Assembly (NCBI GenBank): GCA_038496445.1
Contig: JALMLS010000502.1
Coordinates: forward strand, 78,939-142,938
Direction: 5' to 3'
Source of the DNA: Trichosphaerium sp. ATCC 40318
Taxonomy: Eukaryota > Protista > Tubulinea
DNA length: 64,000 bases
Below are positions 1 to 13,346 of the stretch, one piece after another. The number at the start of each line of letters is the position of its first letter. Position 1 is the stretch's first letter. A program made the translations under genes and the position numbers. Below the pieces are notes generated by a model. It was given only the letters and a program-made list of their open reading frames with translations, was not told the origin of the DNA and did not search any database.

Positions 1-644
1 GCTACTTTTATGGTGTACCTTGGCTTTGGGCTATTTCAGTTCTAATTATGTAAATATCCTTGCGTCTGTCACTCCTTTATGATAAAGACATAAGCAAAGA
101 ACAGTGATATCAACACAACACTTTGAAATGGAAGCATACCACTCCAATCCAAAATGTGCTGATTTTTTCGAGATTCGATCTTCAAACATTTTGTTTTTTA
201 TTTAAATCTTCTTAAACACTAGTTATTTGTGCTCAGGAATTCCTTTTTTCTGTGTACACAATCACAATTATTAACTCCGAGATTTCTTTATACAGCAATA
301 AACACTACAAACCACGACGATATTAACAAAGGACGAAGAGAATAAGTTGAATACCTTTCTCCTACAGAAAACAAAGCAAATGTTAGGCTTTCATGATTGA
401 TATTATCACGTTTATGAGTCAATGAATATGTAACCAAATGTACACTATCAGCAGCGCACAAGATAACCTAGGATCAGCGAAGCTCAAGCGAGCCAGTGCC
501 CTTGAGTTACTACAGCTGCCAAAGTAGTTTGCATAACTGGATACAAAGCTACATTTATTAATAGGTGCTATTTTAATTCTCAAACAGCAGCCATTGTGAG
601 TGGTATACATTCACCAATACGACGAAGACATGTTGGTTCTATAA

Positions 645-3600
645 GAGAATTTTTTGCTAAGTAGTTGATTATTTTAAAATAATTCAATTTCACATCACAG
701 CTTAATCTCACCAAACCAAAAGTTATATATGTTGTGGCATATATATACAAGTTTATAGGACTCGACTATCAAACACTTCTGAATAGGACAAAGATAGTAA
801 TTGTACAAATATAGACTTTTATTGTAAAAAAAATGTAGTTTTTTTCTTTATTTACGGAATATACTCCTTTTGTCCATCCTCAATCGGCTCATCTTGTGCT
901 AGGTGTATATAACTAGTTCCCCTAGAGCGTATTCTACGTTTTGGATTTCTTCTTTGTTTGTCTCTCTTAGTATTCCATCCATCTTTTTTTGTTGGTTTGG
1001 GACTGTTATAACTGAGTTGTATCCTCTTGTCCTCAAGCACCAACTCAGAACCATAACGCATGGCTACCGTCACAGGCAAAAATCGGATAGGATCACGTCT
1101 ACAACCCCCACAATTGTGGTTACATGTTCTGTTTGGGCCTTTAGGATCACAACTATATTTAACAGAAAATTAGTACTCGCATTTGTTTTTTGCTAACGCA
1201 CGTGTGTTCACAGTCATCAAAACCATTTTCTGGTATGCCATAGCTAAATTGAAATGCATTTCGCATAAATGTATCACCAATAGGTTCAGCTGGTTCGAGA
1301 ACAGGAAAATCATTCACCATGGCTTCTAACATGTACGTATTTTTGAGAGTACGACAAGCATATGCAAGGTGCGACAGTTCACTCAGTACAAAGAAATTTC
1401 GTATGTACTTATTTTGTAGCTTTTTAGAGCTTGCTGCGGAACCATCAGCTCTGTTGTGAGCACGAAGTGGTGCCAAAAACCGCCATATAATATTGGCTCC
1501 TGGATCACGTGTTTTTAAGCGCTGTTGAATATTGGCAACAACAGCATGTATAGGGTATGTTTTAAAATGTTTGCCACATCCATCTGACCTGTAAAGGGTT
1601 AGTTGCTGAATAAAGAGAAAATGAAACAACAAAAAAGGTACGTGCCATAGAATAATTTCTTTGAACAGGTCAAAGAACTTATGTTGGTATAGAAGCTCTA
1701 GAACCCACTGTACATAGTCAGCAGTTTGTTTTACCTTTTTATTCTTTTGTTCTTTTTTAACAGTGAAGTGTAAGTATGTAACACAAGGTTTGTATGTTGA
1801 GCGGTTAATAGATGGAATACTTTTCAATTGTGGAGTTGGTTTAGCGTCTTGTTTAAGCTTTTGTGTGTGTGACATTCGTCGTTTCTTAGGGTTTTTTGCT
1901 TGATCTCTTTCCATCTCTTTCTTAGTGCGTCTTTTTCTTTTCTTTTTTTGAGGTTTGTCGAGAGTTATATTTGATGTTGATGGTGGTTTTGTAGGTGACA
2001 CCATATACTTCTTCAATGTTTCTGGCAATTCTATTTTGTTCTTCGTTGCTAAAACCAAGACAAGGATAATGTAGTTAGTTTCCATGTTAGTTTGAGAAGC
2101 TGTAAAATCTAGCGTGATAACACCTCTATCAGGTTTTGCTTCAAGATCAAGGTGATCCTTTACATACTCATATATCCTAGCACGTGCAAACTCATCTATT
2201 GTTTTTAGGTTGGCTATTTCTTTTCGTAGCTTTTGTAGACTTTCCTCAGGTATGCCACTAGTCACCTTTTCATTCAACTCTGTTACCTTTTCTTGAAGCT
2301 TAATAGCTTCCTTAGATTCAAATTTATCACCCTCTCTGACTTGAATTTGTTCGGCATCTACAAAACGCTCAAACACTGGCCTGCTCACTGTGTCAAGACC
2401 TTGTTCTTCTGCCCATGCACAATATGTTAGATACATTGCTTCTTTTGTGCCTCTAAAACGCCGATTTGTACTACCTAAATGGTTTTGTTAATAAACACAT
2501 TTTTATTTTAGCCAAAATTGGTGGACTATTTCAACGTGTACTTACCCGATGGAACAACACAATTCATCTCAAGCCATTCCAAAATTGTATTCCCCTTATT
2601 TCCTAGTTTGTCCCTTCTGAACCCAAGGTCTCGTAGAAAGTAATCAAGAGGTGGACAGCTTCTAATATTTTGTCTGGCTTTGTTTACTGCTTGAGTTGTT
2701 TGGCTGATCATCTTAGCTGTATTCTCTGATATAATCAGCACCAAAAGGTAGTCACAATTACGTACTATCATCAATGCCATCAAAGAAGGAGAGCAATGCA
2801 CTTTTACGAACTGGTGAGTTCTTTGAAAGACTCAAATACAGTTGTATTACTCTGTCGACAACAATTTTATTCCTCAGTGCCTTTGTTGGTGATTGAGATG
2901 GATCTGAATACCTTTTTCTATATGCATTAACCAGCTTTGGATCTCTTTGAGCAAGTAGATGGTCAACATAAGTTATTATTTCTTTGTGTAAAGCATCCAA
3001 TTTTCTACGAAAAAATTAGTTGTTTGGATTTTTATGTAAAAAGTGTCAATACCTTTTGCGTTGCTGATGTGTCCGCAGTGCTTCAAATTGTACTACAGGT
3101 CTACCTGGGTTACGCTAAATGCTAAATAAGAATGACATTTTGGCGCTTTTTTTTAGTTGATTGGCGAAAAACTTGAAACCAGAGGCCCCACCGCCAAGGC
3201 CTGCTTTGAAAAGTTGTACACACGTGTAATTAAGCCACAGCTTTGTATACGCAGCTTCAAAAAAGCAGGCGGTTTCGGTCTACCATACCTTTAGCTCATT
3301 TGCATTTTTTTTTCGGCATGTATTGCAAGCAAAGCTGCCCGTAGCGTTTTCTACGCGTGCTAAAACGCATGGCGAGTATCCAATGAAGTATTCACCTTCT
3401 ATTTTGTTTAACCTGTTTTCTCCTGACTCCCTATGCTTTTTTTTATCGCAGCACACGCAAATAAACCAAATCCTTTCACTTGGATTGCGTTGCATCTGTT
3501 GTTGACCAGTAATATGCAAAACTTTCCAAAACCAGAAAAAAACTCGTCAAAAATAGTATTTAATTTTTTTACGCATTTGAGGTACACTTTAACCACAGAA

Positions 3601-3671
3601 ACTTTCTGTGCATGTTTTACACGCATAAATCGTTCCATTGAGAGGTATCAACTGCTTAGCAAAAAGTTCTC
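645..3671 (-). mobile_element. Cut-and-paste DNA transposon (Sola-like DDD transposase), 3,027 bp, inserted in the last exon of RTX-like gene copy A
   Basis: Left TIR 645-669 GAGAATTTTTTGCTAAGTAGTTGAT matches the reverse complement of 3647-3671 (GAGAACTTTTTGCTAAGCAGTTGAT) at 23/25. Flanked by AA (643-644) and AA (3672-3673). Removing the element plus one AA restores ...TCPPVIEPTCLRRIGECIP, collinear with the intact paralogue at about 9030-9090. Confidence 0.92.
852..3495 (-). CDS. Transposase, multi-exon, with putative DDD triad; 3' end possibly frameshifted
   Basis: Exons join ORFs 3280-3519, 2758-3000, 2526-2801, 1159-2436 and 852-1079. Motifs ITLDF, W-SDGCGKHFK (after removing intron 1589-1645) and WRFLAPLRAHNRADG. 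N-terminal Cys cluster (CVCC...CNTC) and a GRPVVQFEALRTHQQRKR segment. Lies wholly inside the TIRs. Confidence 0.78.
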
Positions 3672-6119
3672 AACAGGTGGACATGTTTCATCTTCACAAT
3701 TGAATACTTCAAAAACAGAAGGATCTGCACGAGAACAGCAACTACAAAGTAAATCTAATCAGAAAACGAACTGTATCAAGAAAAACTGGTACCTGTCATT
3801 GGGATCGTCAGCTCCACCACCATTTATTCTTCCATTAGTTATACCCATGTTTTGAGTAAGGCTTTCAACAAGGATTCTATCAGCTCCGTCATCACCATTG
3901 ACAGCATTCCGATTTGTTGAGTCAGGTTCTACAGTAAATATTAAACCGCTAAAACATCTCAAGTAGTTTCGTACGTATTGTGACTTCTGATACAATCATT
4001 ACATCATCACCGTTATTACCTCTCATAGCTACCATCAAAGAACACCTAGCATACATGACATCATTCTCACTCCCGCCTTAAACAGGTAAGATGAAATACT
4101 TTTATAGAATCAAAGGTTTGTTACCTTCAATATCGAGAACGTCACTGGAGAGAACCTCAACACAATCAGTACCAGTAGCTCCAATAACATTTCCCATGGC
4201 TGTTGGAATACCGTTGAATGAAGTTACTTTTATACAATCGTTCCCAGAAGCTCCATTCGCCCTTTTTGATCACTAAGTACACAACTACAACCTTTTTAAA
4301 CCCGTACTGTGCTCTCACAAACATCATGGTTCCTCGCTTTTCCATCGCGTCCTTTACTTCCAGCTGTCGCAAAATACTTCCTTCAATTATTATATCGTCA
4401 TTTCCGTCATTTCCTAGAATATCTCCCGTAGTTGCTTGAGTCGCTCTTATACAATCATTATCTTTGCCTACATGTCAAATTAAAAATAGTGGATCTAAAA
4501 ATAGTTTGATTTCGGTTTTTCGAACTCACCTCCTATTGTACGTTCCTGTACTATTGCTCCATCGTTGATTATAATACAATCGTCTCCATCTCTACCATGT
4601 ATTTCATTTATGATTGCCCCTGAACCTCTTACAAGGATGCAATCATTGGCATTTGTTCCACGAATCTGTCCAGTTACAGCCGATTCTACAATCACACAAT
4701 TGCTGCCAATGTCGTCCAACCGCACTAATAGTCATCATTTATAACTGTACAAGATTGTTTACGAAACTGAAAGTAAAAAAAGTTCAGAGAATTAAATGTG
4801 CGACAACAAAAATATGGTAAAAAAAAAGATACCAAAAAAAAAAAAAAAGGTAAAAACGTCTGTTCACTTTTGCGCAAAAAGAACTTACCATCACCGTTAC
4901 CATCTGCGGTTGCCGTCATACAACCAGATTCAAAGTCGCAAGCACTACAAGCCATACACTCACAGTCGCATCCAGACGCTTCTGGTAAAGGTGGTTGAGC
5001 GTGGTACATGCTTAGAACTAATATTGGTTATTTACAAAAAGTTGGTGGTGTATAGATACAGATAGTAATCCATAGAATACAAGCCAAGTTTATTGTAGTT
5101 GTCATCTGTTCAGCTGTTGTAATGAGTGTGTTGTCTTTTGCTTTTGTGGTTTTCAAATCTCGGCGTAAAATTGTGAATCAATACCGGAGTGGGTGTGGCT
5201 ATAAATAAGGCGTCATTGGAACGTTTTACTTATAATCAAGAGCCTGTAGACTGGTATTGTTTGACTAATTTCGAAAATGCGGATTTCGACAAAGAATTCA
5301 AGCGGAGAGAGCTCTGTTTGCTTTCAGTCGGGTACAAATCACGCTGAAGGAATATTGTCTGCGTGAAGACTTTCGTTTAAAATTGGGACATTGTTATTTG
5401 GGCTAAGGACTTTTGTGATGAATACCTTTACGCCCACAGATACTACACAGCAAATACTACCTAAAAGTTTGTACAAGAACATAAAAATTATGAGTTTTCT
5501 TGTAGGGACTACGGCCTGTAAACCAGCCAATTACGTACCATTTCTTAGCGCAACAAAAGGGTTTAAGAGATCACAGGCACCTAGAAAACTCGAATTTTAT
5601 GCTCTTGTACAAAAACGTAACTGAAAAGTCGGCATTCACAACACTTCAAAAAACAGAATGTCTGTCGCATTCAAGTTTCTGCCTGATCAGTCAGATCTGA
5701 CGGATTTGACACTTCTGATAGGTCGTGCAGACTCACTTTTTAAATGTGATCTACCCTCACTTGTCTAGCAAATACGACCGTTTCAAGCCCACGTGATGTA
5801 ACAAACTGATACAGAAACTTTTCAAAAATAAATCGACACCTGGCGGCGTTTACGAAGCCTAAAGCAACGTTGATAGTGTATTGGAAGGTTTTGACACTAT
5901 TATACCTGCTTATGACTTTGAACGCTGCGAGAGTGCTTCCGTTAGCGTGGGATAGGCACCAGTGTTGGCGCTTGTGTAAAACACGTGCGTTAATGTTTTT
6001 TAATCAAACATATCCCAAATAGTGTTTGAGGCATTCATACCGCTTTCAGCAGTAATGAGATAGCATTGTAGGCCATCGAACCACTTAAATCCGCTTTTAG
6101 CTCTTTGAAGACTTTGATC

Positions 6120-6790
6120 GAAACTTGAATGAGACAGACAATATGCACGAGAACAAGTTAAAACAATTTAACCATTGGTATTAACATGGACAACAAGCTT
6201 AGCTCTACTTCTTCTAATCTAATGTCGTCACTGTTATCCCCTCTGCTAATTATTCCTATTGTTGATGCAGTACTGCAATTATTGCCAAGCTCCTGAAAAG
6301 ATACATACAAAGTTATCATCAAATATCATTCGTGAATGTTACCTTTGGTTTTTTTCCGCACCTGTCCATGTGTATTTTTCAAGATTGCTATTGAATAAAA
6401 TCACAATTGCTTTGAATGTCCTCCATTAACACTAAACATGCCTTAGCTTGAGAAAGGGTAGCACTTGATTCAAATCCTTTCAATAGACGTATTTTTAAAT
6501 CACGTGACACAAAAAAACAAAACTAGGTGAATAGAATGGTGTACTTTAAACAAAGCGCGAAATAACGTTCCAAAGCCATCATCGCTAGCTGTTACAGTCA
6601 TACAACCATTATGAAAATCGCAAGCACTACAAGCCATACACCCACATGCGCATCCAGACGCTTGAGTTAAAGGTGGTTGGGCGTGGTATATGCTTAGAAC
6701 TGACAATTGGGGGTAAGGGTGTTCAGTAATTTAAAAATTAGTCTCTAGATACAGATTGTAATCCACGGAAACAGATCACGTTCATTCACT
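6120..6790 (-). pseudogene. Degenerate, truncated RTX-like paralogue (copy B)
   Basis: Retains the YHAQPPLTQASGCACGCMACSACDF exon (6500-6706 ORF) and eroded remnants of later exons; frameshifted first exon. Confidence 0.75.
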
Positions 6791-6887
6791 ATTGTGCTAT
6801 AGGTAAACACAAAGAACTTTTAGTGTATTCACTGCGTCTTTAATAAACACTTTCTGTAGTATTAGTGCACTATTTCAGCTATAGCTA

Positions 6888-7892
6888 TTAATAATTTATT
6901 GCTACTGCGCTACCTTCTGGCATAGTTAGGTAGTCAGTATCTAAAATACAATTTACATTTTCAAATGAAACCTCGTTCATACTATCACAATCCATAAGCT
7001 CATCTGTTATCTCTTCAGGAACAAAAGAGTAAGGCAAAAAATCTACGTCACTTTGCACGTCTAAAACGCCACCATCTTCAAGGTTGTTATAATTACCAAG
7101 TTCGCAAGGGCTTAGAGGCTGTGAATACGAAAAATCAATGTCCATTAGATCAGGCTTAAAGAACATACTGACATCGTCATCGCAAGTACCTGTACCAACA
7201 TAAGAACAAGGTTCACTCGACAGTGAATCACTACAAGAAGCACTATCGTGATCGCTGTAAGAGTTTATGTATATGGGCGCCATAGGCCATGTATAGGGAG
7301 CCTTCCATCTCATAGAGTGTAAAGAGGATGGTAGCTGCTCATCTGTACCATTATAGACGGCATTGATAGAAACTGTTGTAAGTAATTCGTGTCCTTTGCA
7401 ATCTGAAGCTCTAAGTTTTTTTGTTGCACCAGGAGATAACCAATGAGTGTCGTCTGATGTTCTTTTAGGTTGTCCGGAGCCCCAGTTTCCTTTTTGTTCT
7501 TTCGGCGGCGGTCTTTCGCCACGTTCTCTTTTTCGGCGTTTTCTTGTCACACGCCCATTCGCTTTTTCAAGAATACCCTCCAGAGACCGTAACTCAGCTG
7601 TTGTAAAATTACACGGGACTTTTCCCGATGTTGTTGTTTTTGTTCGTTTTTTCAATAAACATGTCTTGTATAACGCTGTTAAGCGTTCCATACAGTCACG
7701 TAGGTCTACTTTTGCTTCTTCATAGTTTTTGTAGGACACGCTTTTTTTCTGCTTTTTCGTTGTTTGAGTTGTCACTAGTACACCGTCCTTGTAATGCATT
7801 TTTATAAGTATAGATTTATTGTCAACGAGATGTTGCACTTTAACAAATAAACCAAAAAACGAGATAAAACGACTCAATCTTGAACGCATCAT
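6888..7892 (-). CDS. Intronless hypothetical protein, basic N-terminal half (NLS-like RKRRKRER) and acidic C-terminal tail; possibly nuclear
   Basis: 334-aa uninterrupted ORF in AT-rich DNA; likely start is the Met at about 7799. No recognised domain. Confidence 0.6.
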   Translation of the reverse strand: MMRSRLSRFISFFGLFVKVQHLVDNKSILIKMHYKDGVLVTTQTTKKQKKSVSYKNYEEAKVDLRDCMERLTALYKTCLLKKRTKTTTSGKVPCNFTTAELRSLEGILEKANGRVTRKRRKRERGERPPPKEQKGNWGSGQPKRTSDDTHWLSPGATKKLRASDCKGHELLTTVSINAVYNGTDEQLPSSLHSMRWKAPYTWPMAPIYINSYSDHDSASCSDSLSSEPCSYVGTGTCDDDVSMFFKPDLMDIDFSYSQPLSPCELGNYNNLEDGGVLDVQSDVDFLPYSFVPEEITDELMDCDSMNEVSFENVNCILDTDYLTMPEGSAVAINY

Positions 7893-9018
7893 GTCATCAA
7901 ACGTTTTTGCGAAAATTGCGAGTTTTCTACGATTTTTCAGGATACTAAAACGCCCCTTGTGATTTTAAAAATGCAGATTGTTTTTACGCCATCACGGTTG
8001 CTTACAAGTCACTACGAGAGGGGTTTCTGAGTGAGATTTTTTGATTCAAAACAAGTCGTAATGACGTGTGTGCCCGTTTGATCTGTTCCCCAATTTAAAA
8101 CCAAAAAAGCCGTTAAATGATAGACGCATACCGTAGCATTATTAATGGCATAATTATTTCAGGAATGACGTGTTTTGTGAGTTCCACGGAACATTGTACA
8201 AATTCAGAAACTGGGAACCATCGCAAATGAGATATAAGGTTTCAAGCATACTTTAGGGCACTTCTAACGTAATCATACCAGCTCTTAATTTTAATTCCGA
8301 GTCTGCGTAATCTTTTTTACACTTAAAAAGCGCCGAAACGTATAAACGCGCATAGCAATTATACACTCTAAAAACGCTTTGTAGTTTTTTGGCAACTTTA
8401 TCTCATAACGGTAGTTTTGAGTCACTGAATAGTTTTTAGAAAAAAAAAACACCTCTAAGCTTTGCCGCAAGCACGCAAAAATATTAATTAGTGATTAACT
8501 AGACGTTTCGTATTCTTTAAAGAGTTTGTAGGGATATACAAATTAATACTCCTTAGTCTTGTTTCATATCCTTGTACCGCCTATTAGGGCTGTTACGAGA
8601 ACAAACGAAGGAAAACAATCAATTTCAATTCAAAATTTACAAAAAGTGCACGCGTTTAGCGTATAAGTATCACACAAGCACGTACGTAGTTGAGAAAAAA
8701 ATAATGCAAAGCTTTAAACAACTTTACACACAACGTCGCGGTAAACCTATCATTGAGTGAGCGAGGAATCACTTTATTAGGTCTACAGGAGAAATAACCT
8801 TTCCGGAGTACACCAAGCGTATTTCGCCTGCTACAAACCGTGACATTTATCACTACAACGCGATAAATCAATTCTTACAACCTAGGATCTTATAACTTTC
8901 GTTTGACGTGTAAAAAAACTACTCTCCCAAAATCTCTATGTCATTTCAGTCGTGGTTTCTAACTCGAAGATTTTGATGGGTTGATCTAGTTTTTAATACA
9001 ACTTGTTATCATTTATTC

Positions 9019-10479
9019 TCAAGCCATGAATGGTATACATTCACCAATACGACGAGTACATGTTGGTTCTATAATAGGTGGACATGTTTCATCTTCACAA
9101 TTGAATACTTCAAAATCAGAAGGATCTACACGAGAACAGCAACTAAAATTTGTAAGTCTAAATCAGAAAAAACAAGTTGAAACAATTTTTGTATATAGAC
9201 CTGTCATTATCGATGCCAACTCCACCAGTTATTCGTCCACTACTTACACTGTTTTGAGTCAGGCTTTCAACAAGAATTCTATCATCTCCAGAACCACCAT
9301 TGACAGCATTCCGACGTCTAATAACTGCTAAAGTGAGTTGTCAGTTACACAAGTGTAAATCTTAAAATAATCTCAAATTTTGGGGATTTTTTTACGTATT
9401 GTGACTTCTGATACAATCATTACATCATCACCACCATCTCCTTCCATAGTGTCCATCAAAGAACAACTGGCATATATATGATCGTTCCCATTACCCCCTT
9501 AGTATGATAAGATTACATGTCATGTACTGTTGAAGAAAATCAAAAAAAGCAAAACAAGTACCTGAAATAGCGAGTACGTCACTAGTTTGAACATCAACAC
9601 AATCATCATCACCACCTCCATTAACATCTCCTGTAAATGGTTGAGCACCATTAAATGGAGACAATCTAATACAATCATTCCCATCGTCTCCATTTATTGA
9701 AGTCCTTTAAAAAGAATGAACAAACACAAATCCAACTTTTATATATCTTTTCTTACCGCACTGTCATTCCTCGTTTGTTGCGAACAAACGAAACAGTGCT
9801 CCCTTCAACTAGTATATCATCATTTCCACTTCCTCCTTCAAGTAGAAAGGCATTCGATGTAGTTACTCTTACACAATCATTATTATCTCCTACACAAGGC
9901 AATGTTAGTAGTTTTACAGCACTAAGTTTTTATTTGCCTGCATCTATAGCTCCAGCCATTGCTCCATCTGTTGCAATAATACAATCATCTCCACCTCTAC
10001 CATTTATTCCTAAATTTATACTGGAACCTCTTACAAGTATGCAATCATTGTTATCTGTTCCACTAATCTCTCCAGGTACATCTGATTCTACAATCACGCA
10101 ATTGCTACCAATATCATCAAGCTCCACTAGCAATTTTATAGTTAGCGAGCTCAGAAAAGAGCGTTTGGTAAGCTAGAGATACTTGCGTTACAATAAATTT
10201 TCAAGAGCACGTGATGAAAACGTTACGAATTGAACAATTTGACAAAGAACTTACCATCGCCGTTGCCATCTGCGGTTACAGTCACACAATTATCACTTTG
10301 AAAATCGCAAGCACTACAAGCCATACAATTGCAGTCGCATCTACGAACTCGAGGTAAAGGTGGTTGAGCGTGGTACATGCTTGGAACTAACAATTGAGGT
10401 TAGGTTATCATTATTTACTTTATAATCGGTTGATACATGTTGTAATCCATAGAATAAAAATCACGTGTATTGCCTTCAT
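9019..10479 (-). CDS. RTX-like Ca-binding repeat secreted protein, copy C
   Basis: MKAIHVIFILWIT.. signal, Cys-rich N-cap, repeats GTDNNDCI, GRGGDDCI, GDDGNDCI, C-terminal CPPIIEPTCTRRIGECIP; about 8 exons with GT-AG introns. Confidence 0.85.
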
Positions 10480-11865
10480 ATTTGCTTCAGCTGTTGTAAT
10501 GTCTGTTGTGCGATTTTGTGGTTTTATCAACTCTGAAATTTAGTGATTGTGAATCCAAAACCGTGAGTGTTGTAGGCTTGTGTTCTTACCTTATATGTTA
10601 CAAAATGGAGCGTTTACTTGTATAATTTACTATGAAGGTAGATTTCATAGTTTATCCGCTAATAATTATTTCCCCGATAGATCTGGCGGGTTCATAAGAA
10701 AAAACTCCCGGTTCATAAGAATTTCAACTTTTTTCAACGCAACCATACACACAGCAGTCAACTTTTAATTGTTTGTTTCTTTTTTACAGGTATGGGAATC
10801 ATGCTCAATATTCTATACAAACAGCAAAATCTCATATTGAAGCATTTGATAGGCCAGGACATGACGAAATTCACAGCGTCCACATTTTTCTGGTTTTTTT
10901 AGCAGTGTCCATGAATTGATCACGCACCACCTGAGATAATACAAAATAACGTGATATGGTTGGTGTATATGCAAGTGACGTAGAGTGTACAATACAAGAC
11001 CCCATTGAGAATATCAATGTCATTAAAATGAGTGACATACATTTCCCAACGTACTGAAATTTGAGAGTTTGGTAGTAATGCACTTGTAGTCATTGTAAGA
11101 CTCTAAAATGTCTACAAGATAAGTGCTAGGGCAATAAAATAGATGTGGCTTCAGTTATGGATCTTTGGAGTTGTCACATACTACACATGCAGTGACACGC
11201 AAAATTCAAGCAACCGGGCAGACACTTAAATACGTACCCTTTGTGTTGAATCCAACGTTGCGCCATTAATTGGTCGTTTTGAAACTTTCGCTACTAAAAT
11301 CGTTGGTACGATAAACGAAGTTGTAGAAGATCCTTTATGAATTGTAACGCGTGATTAAGTTGTGTACAAGCTTGTTAAACCAGAAAATGTTGTAATGTAC
11401 ACTAAATGACACGCCATGACAAACTACGTACTGTTTTTATGCCATGTGATTAAGTTGTATGAATGGGGATATTAAGGCTAGGATCTCGGCAGTAGATGAG
11501 TACATTGATAAATTACTACACCAATTTTTCAAGCGCTACGGCGCTCACTTGTTACGATTTAAATACGCTGGTACTTTAAAAAGTTCCAGGCCCAACCAAA
11601 CGAGTACGAAGCTATATATTCGATTGGATTCGCCGCCCTGTTGTGAACAAGAAGCTGAATACAAAGGTAGTGGTTGAATTGTCTTTTTTTTTTTTTTTGA
11701 AAAGTGTTGTTTGATGTTACCACTTGGCGTCACATGCCAACATGTTGTAAAGAGTTCCTCGAGTACTACAATCTAGACGTAGTAAAACAGTTTTTGTGAC
11801 TAACTTTAAGTGTTTACCAAAGATACTCTACAGCCATCTGTAATAGAAGTTGGTTACATTTATTC

Positions 11866-13346
11866 TCAAGGTCTGGTAGCCACGAATGGTATACATTCAC
11901 CAATACGACGATGGCAAGTTGATACTCTAATAGGTGGACATGTCTCATCTTCACAATCGATTACTTCAAAAACAGAAGGGTTTGCACGAGAACAGCAACT
12001 ACATTTAAACAACAAAGATCAGAAAAGAATAAACTATTTTTTTGTATGTACCTGTCATTAGGATCAGCTCCACCACCAGTTATTCGTCTATTAGTACTAC
12101 CTGTTTGATCTAGGCTTTCAACAAGAATTCTATCACCTCCAGCACCACCATTGACAACATTCCGCTTAACAGGGAATGCAAATCCTAAGCGGAAATCTTA
12201 GCTACAATATCATCTCAAGTTATTTCGTACGTATTGTGACTTCTGATACAATCATTACATCATCACCATCACCTCCATTCATGTTTGTCATTGAAGAACA
12301 ACTGGCATACATATGATCGTTCCCATTGCCCCCTTAGATGATAAGATAAATGAAATGTCAAAGTTGATAGTATTGTAAAATACCTAAAATAGCAGATACG
12401 TCACTAGTTTGAACATCAACACAATCATCATCACCACCTCCATTAACATCTCCTGTAAATGGTTGAGCACCATTAAATGGAGTCAATTTAATACAATCAT
12501 TCCCAGCTTCTCCATTTATTGAAGTCCTCATGAAAGTACTGTAAACTGAATTAAAACAGCTTCCAACATTAACGTATCTTACGGAGACGTCATTCCCGGG
12601 CTGGGACCCTCAATCTGTATAACGCTCCCTTCAACTATTATGTCATCATTTCCATTGCCTCCTTGAATATCTGAAGCTGTTGATGCAGTGACTCTTACAC
12701 AATCATTATCATCTCCTGAACAACTGTCAAATTTAGAGATCCATGTCAACACTGTCTGTTTTACCTGCGTTTGTTATTCCCAAAACTGTTGCTTTATCCT
12801 GTATAATAATGCAATCATCTCCATTTCTACCATTGATATCTCCTACCCTTACACCTACACCTCTTACAAGTATACAATCATTGTCATTTGTTCCAGTAAT
12901 CTCATTAAGCACATTTGATTGTACAATCACGCAATTACTATCAATGTCATCCATTGACACTACAAAACTGATGATAAGCTCCAAAATGAACCGACGGAAA
13001 AAAATAACACTTAATGGATGCTGACAATAATAGCACATGGCATTTCAAAATTCTTTGAGAAGCTCTCACGTGGTAACAGATTAGTACAATGACTACAAAA
13101 CAGCAAATAAAGAACGCACCAATTCCATCACCGTTTGCAGTTACAGTCACACAACTATTTAGAAAATTGCAAGCACTACAAGCCATACACCCACAATCGC
13201 ATCCACGTACTTGCGGTAAAGGTGGTTGAGCGTGGTACATGCTCAGAACTAACAAATTGTTGTCAGGTTATCATTATTTACTTTAAAATTAGTCTCTGGA
13301 TACAGATTGTAATCCATAGAATATAAATCACGTTTATTGTATTCAT
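11866..13346 (-). CDS. RTX-like Ca-binding repeat secreted protein, copy D
   Basis: Same exon structure; GTNDNDCI, GRNGDDCI, GEAGNDCI repeats; ends ..CIPFVATRP*. Confidence 0.85.

Larger units (their letters stand above)
580..5105 (-). pseudogene. RTX-like Ca-binding repeat secreted protein, copy A, interrupted by the transposon
   Basis: ATG at 5105, signal-like first exon, YHAQPPLP..GCDCECMACSACDF exon and GxxGxDCI repeats. The last exon is split between 3672+ and 580-644 (stop TGA at 580). Confidence 0.85.

Noticed and set aside
5150-6100. Short ORFs in array spacers (also 10550-11800, 16080-16440, 21600-22500, 63100-64000)
   Set aside because: No recognisable motifs, consistent splice pattern or terminal repeats could be established by eye; they may be old remnants.
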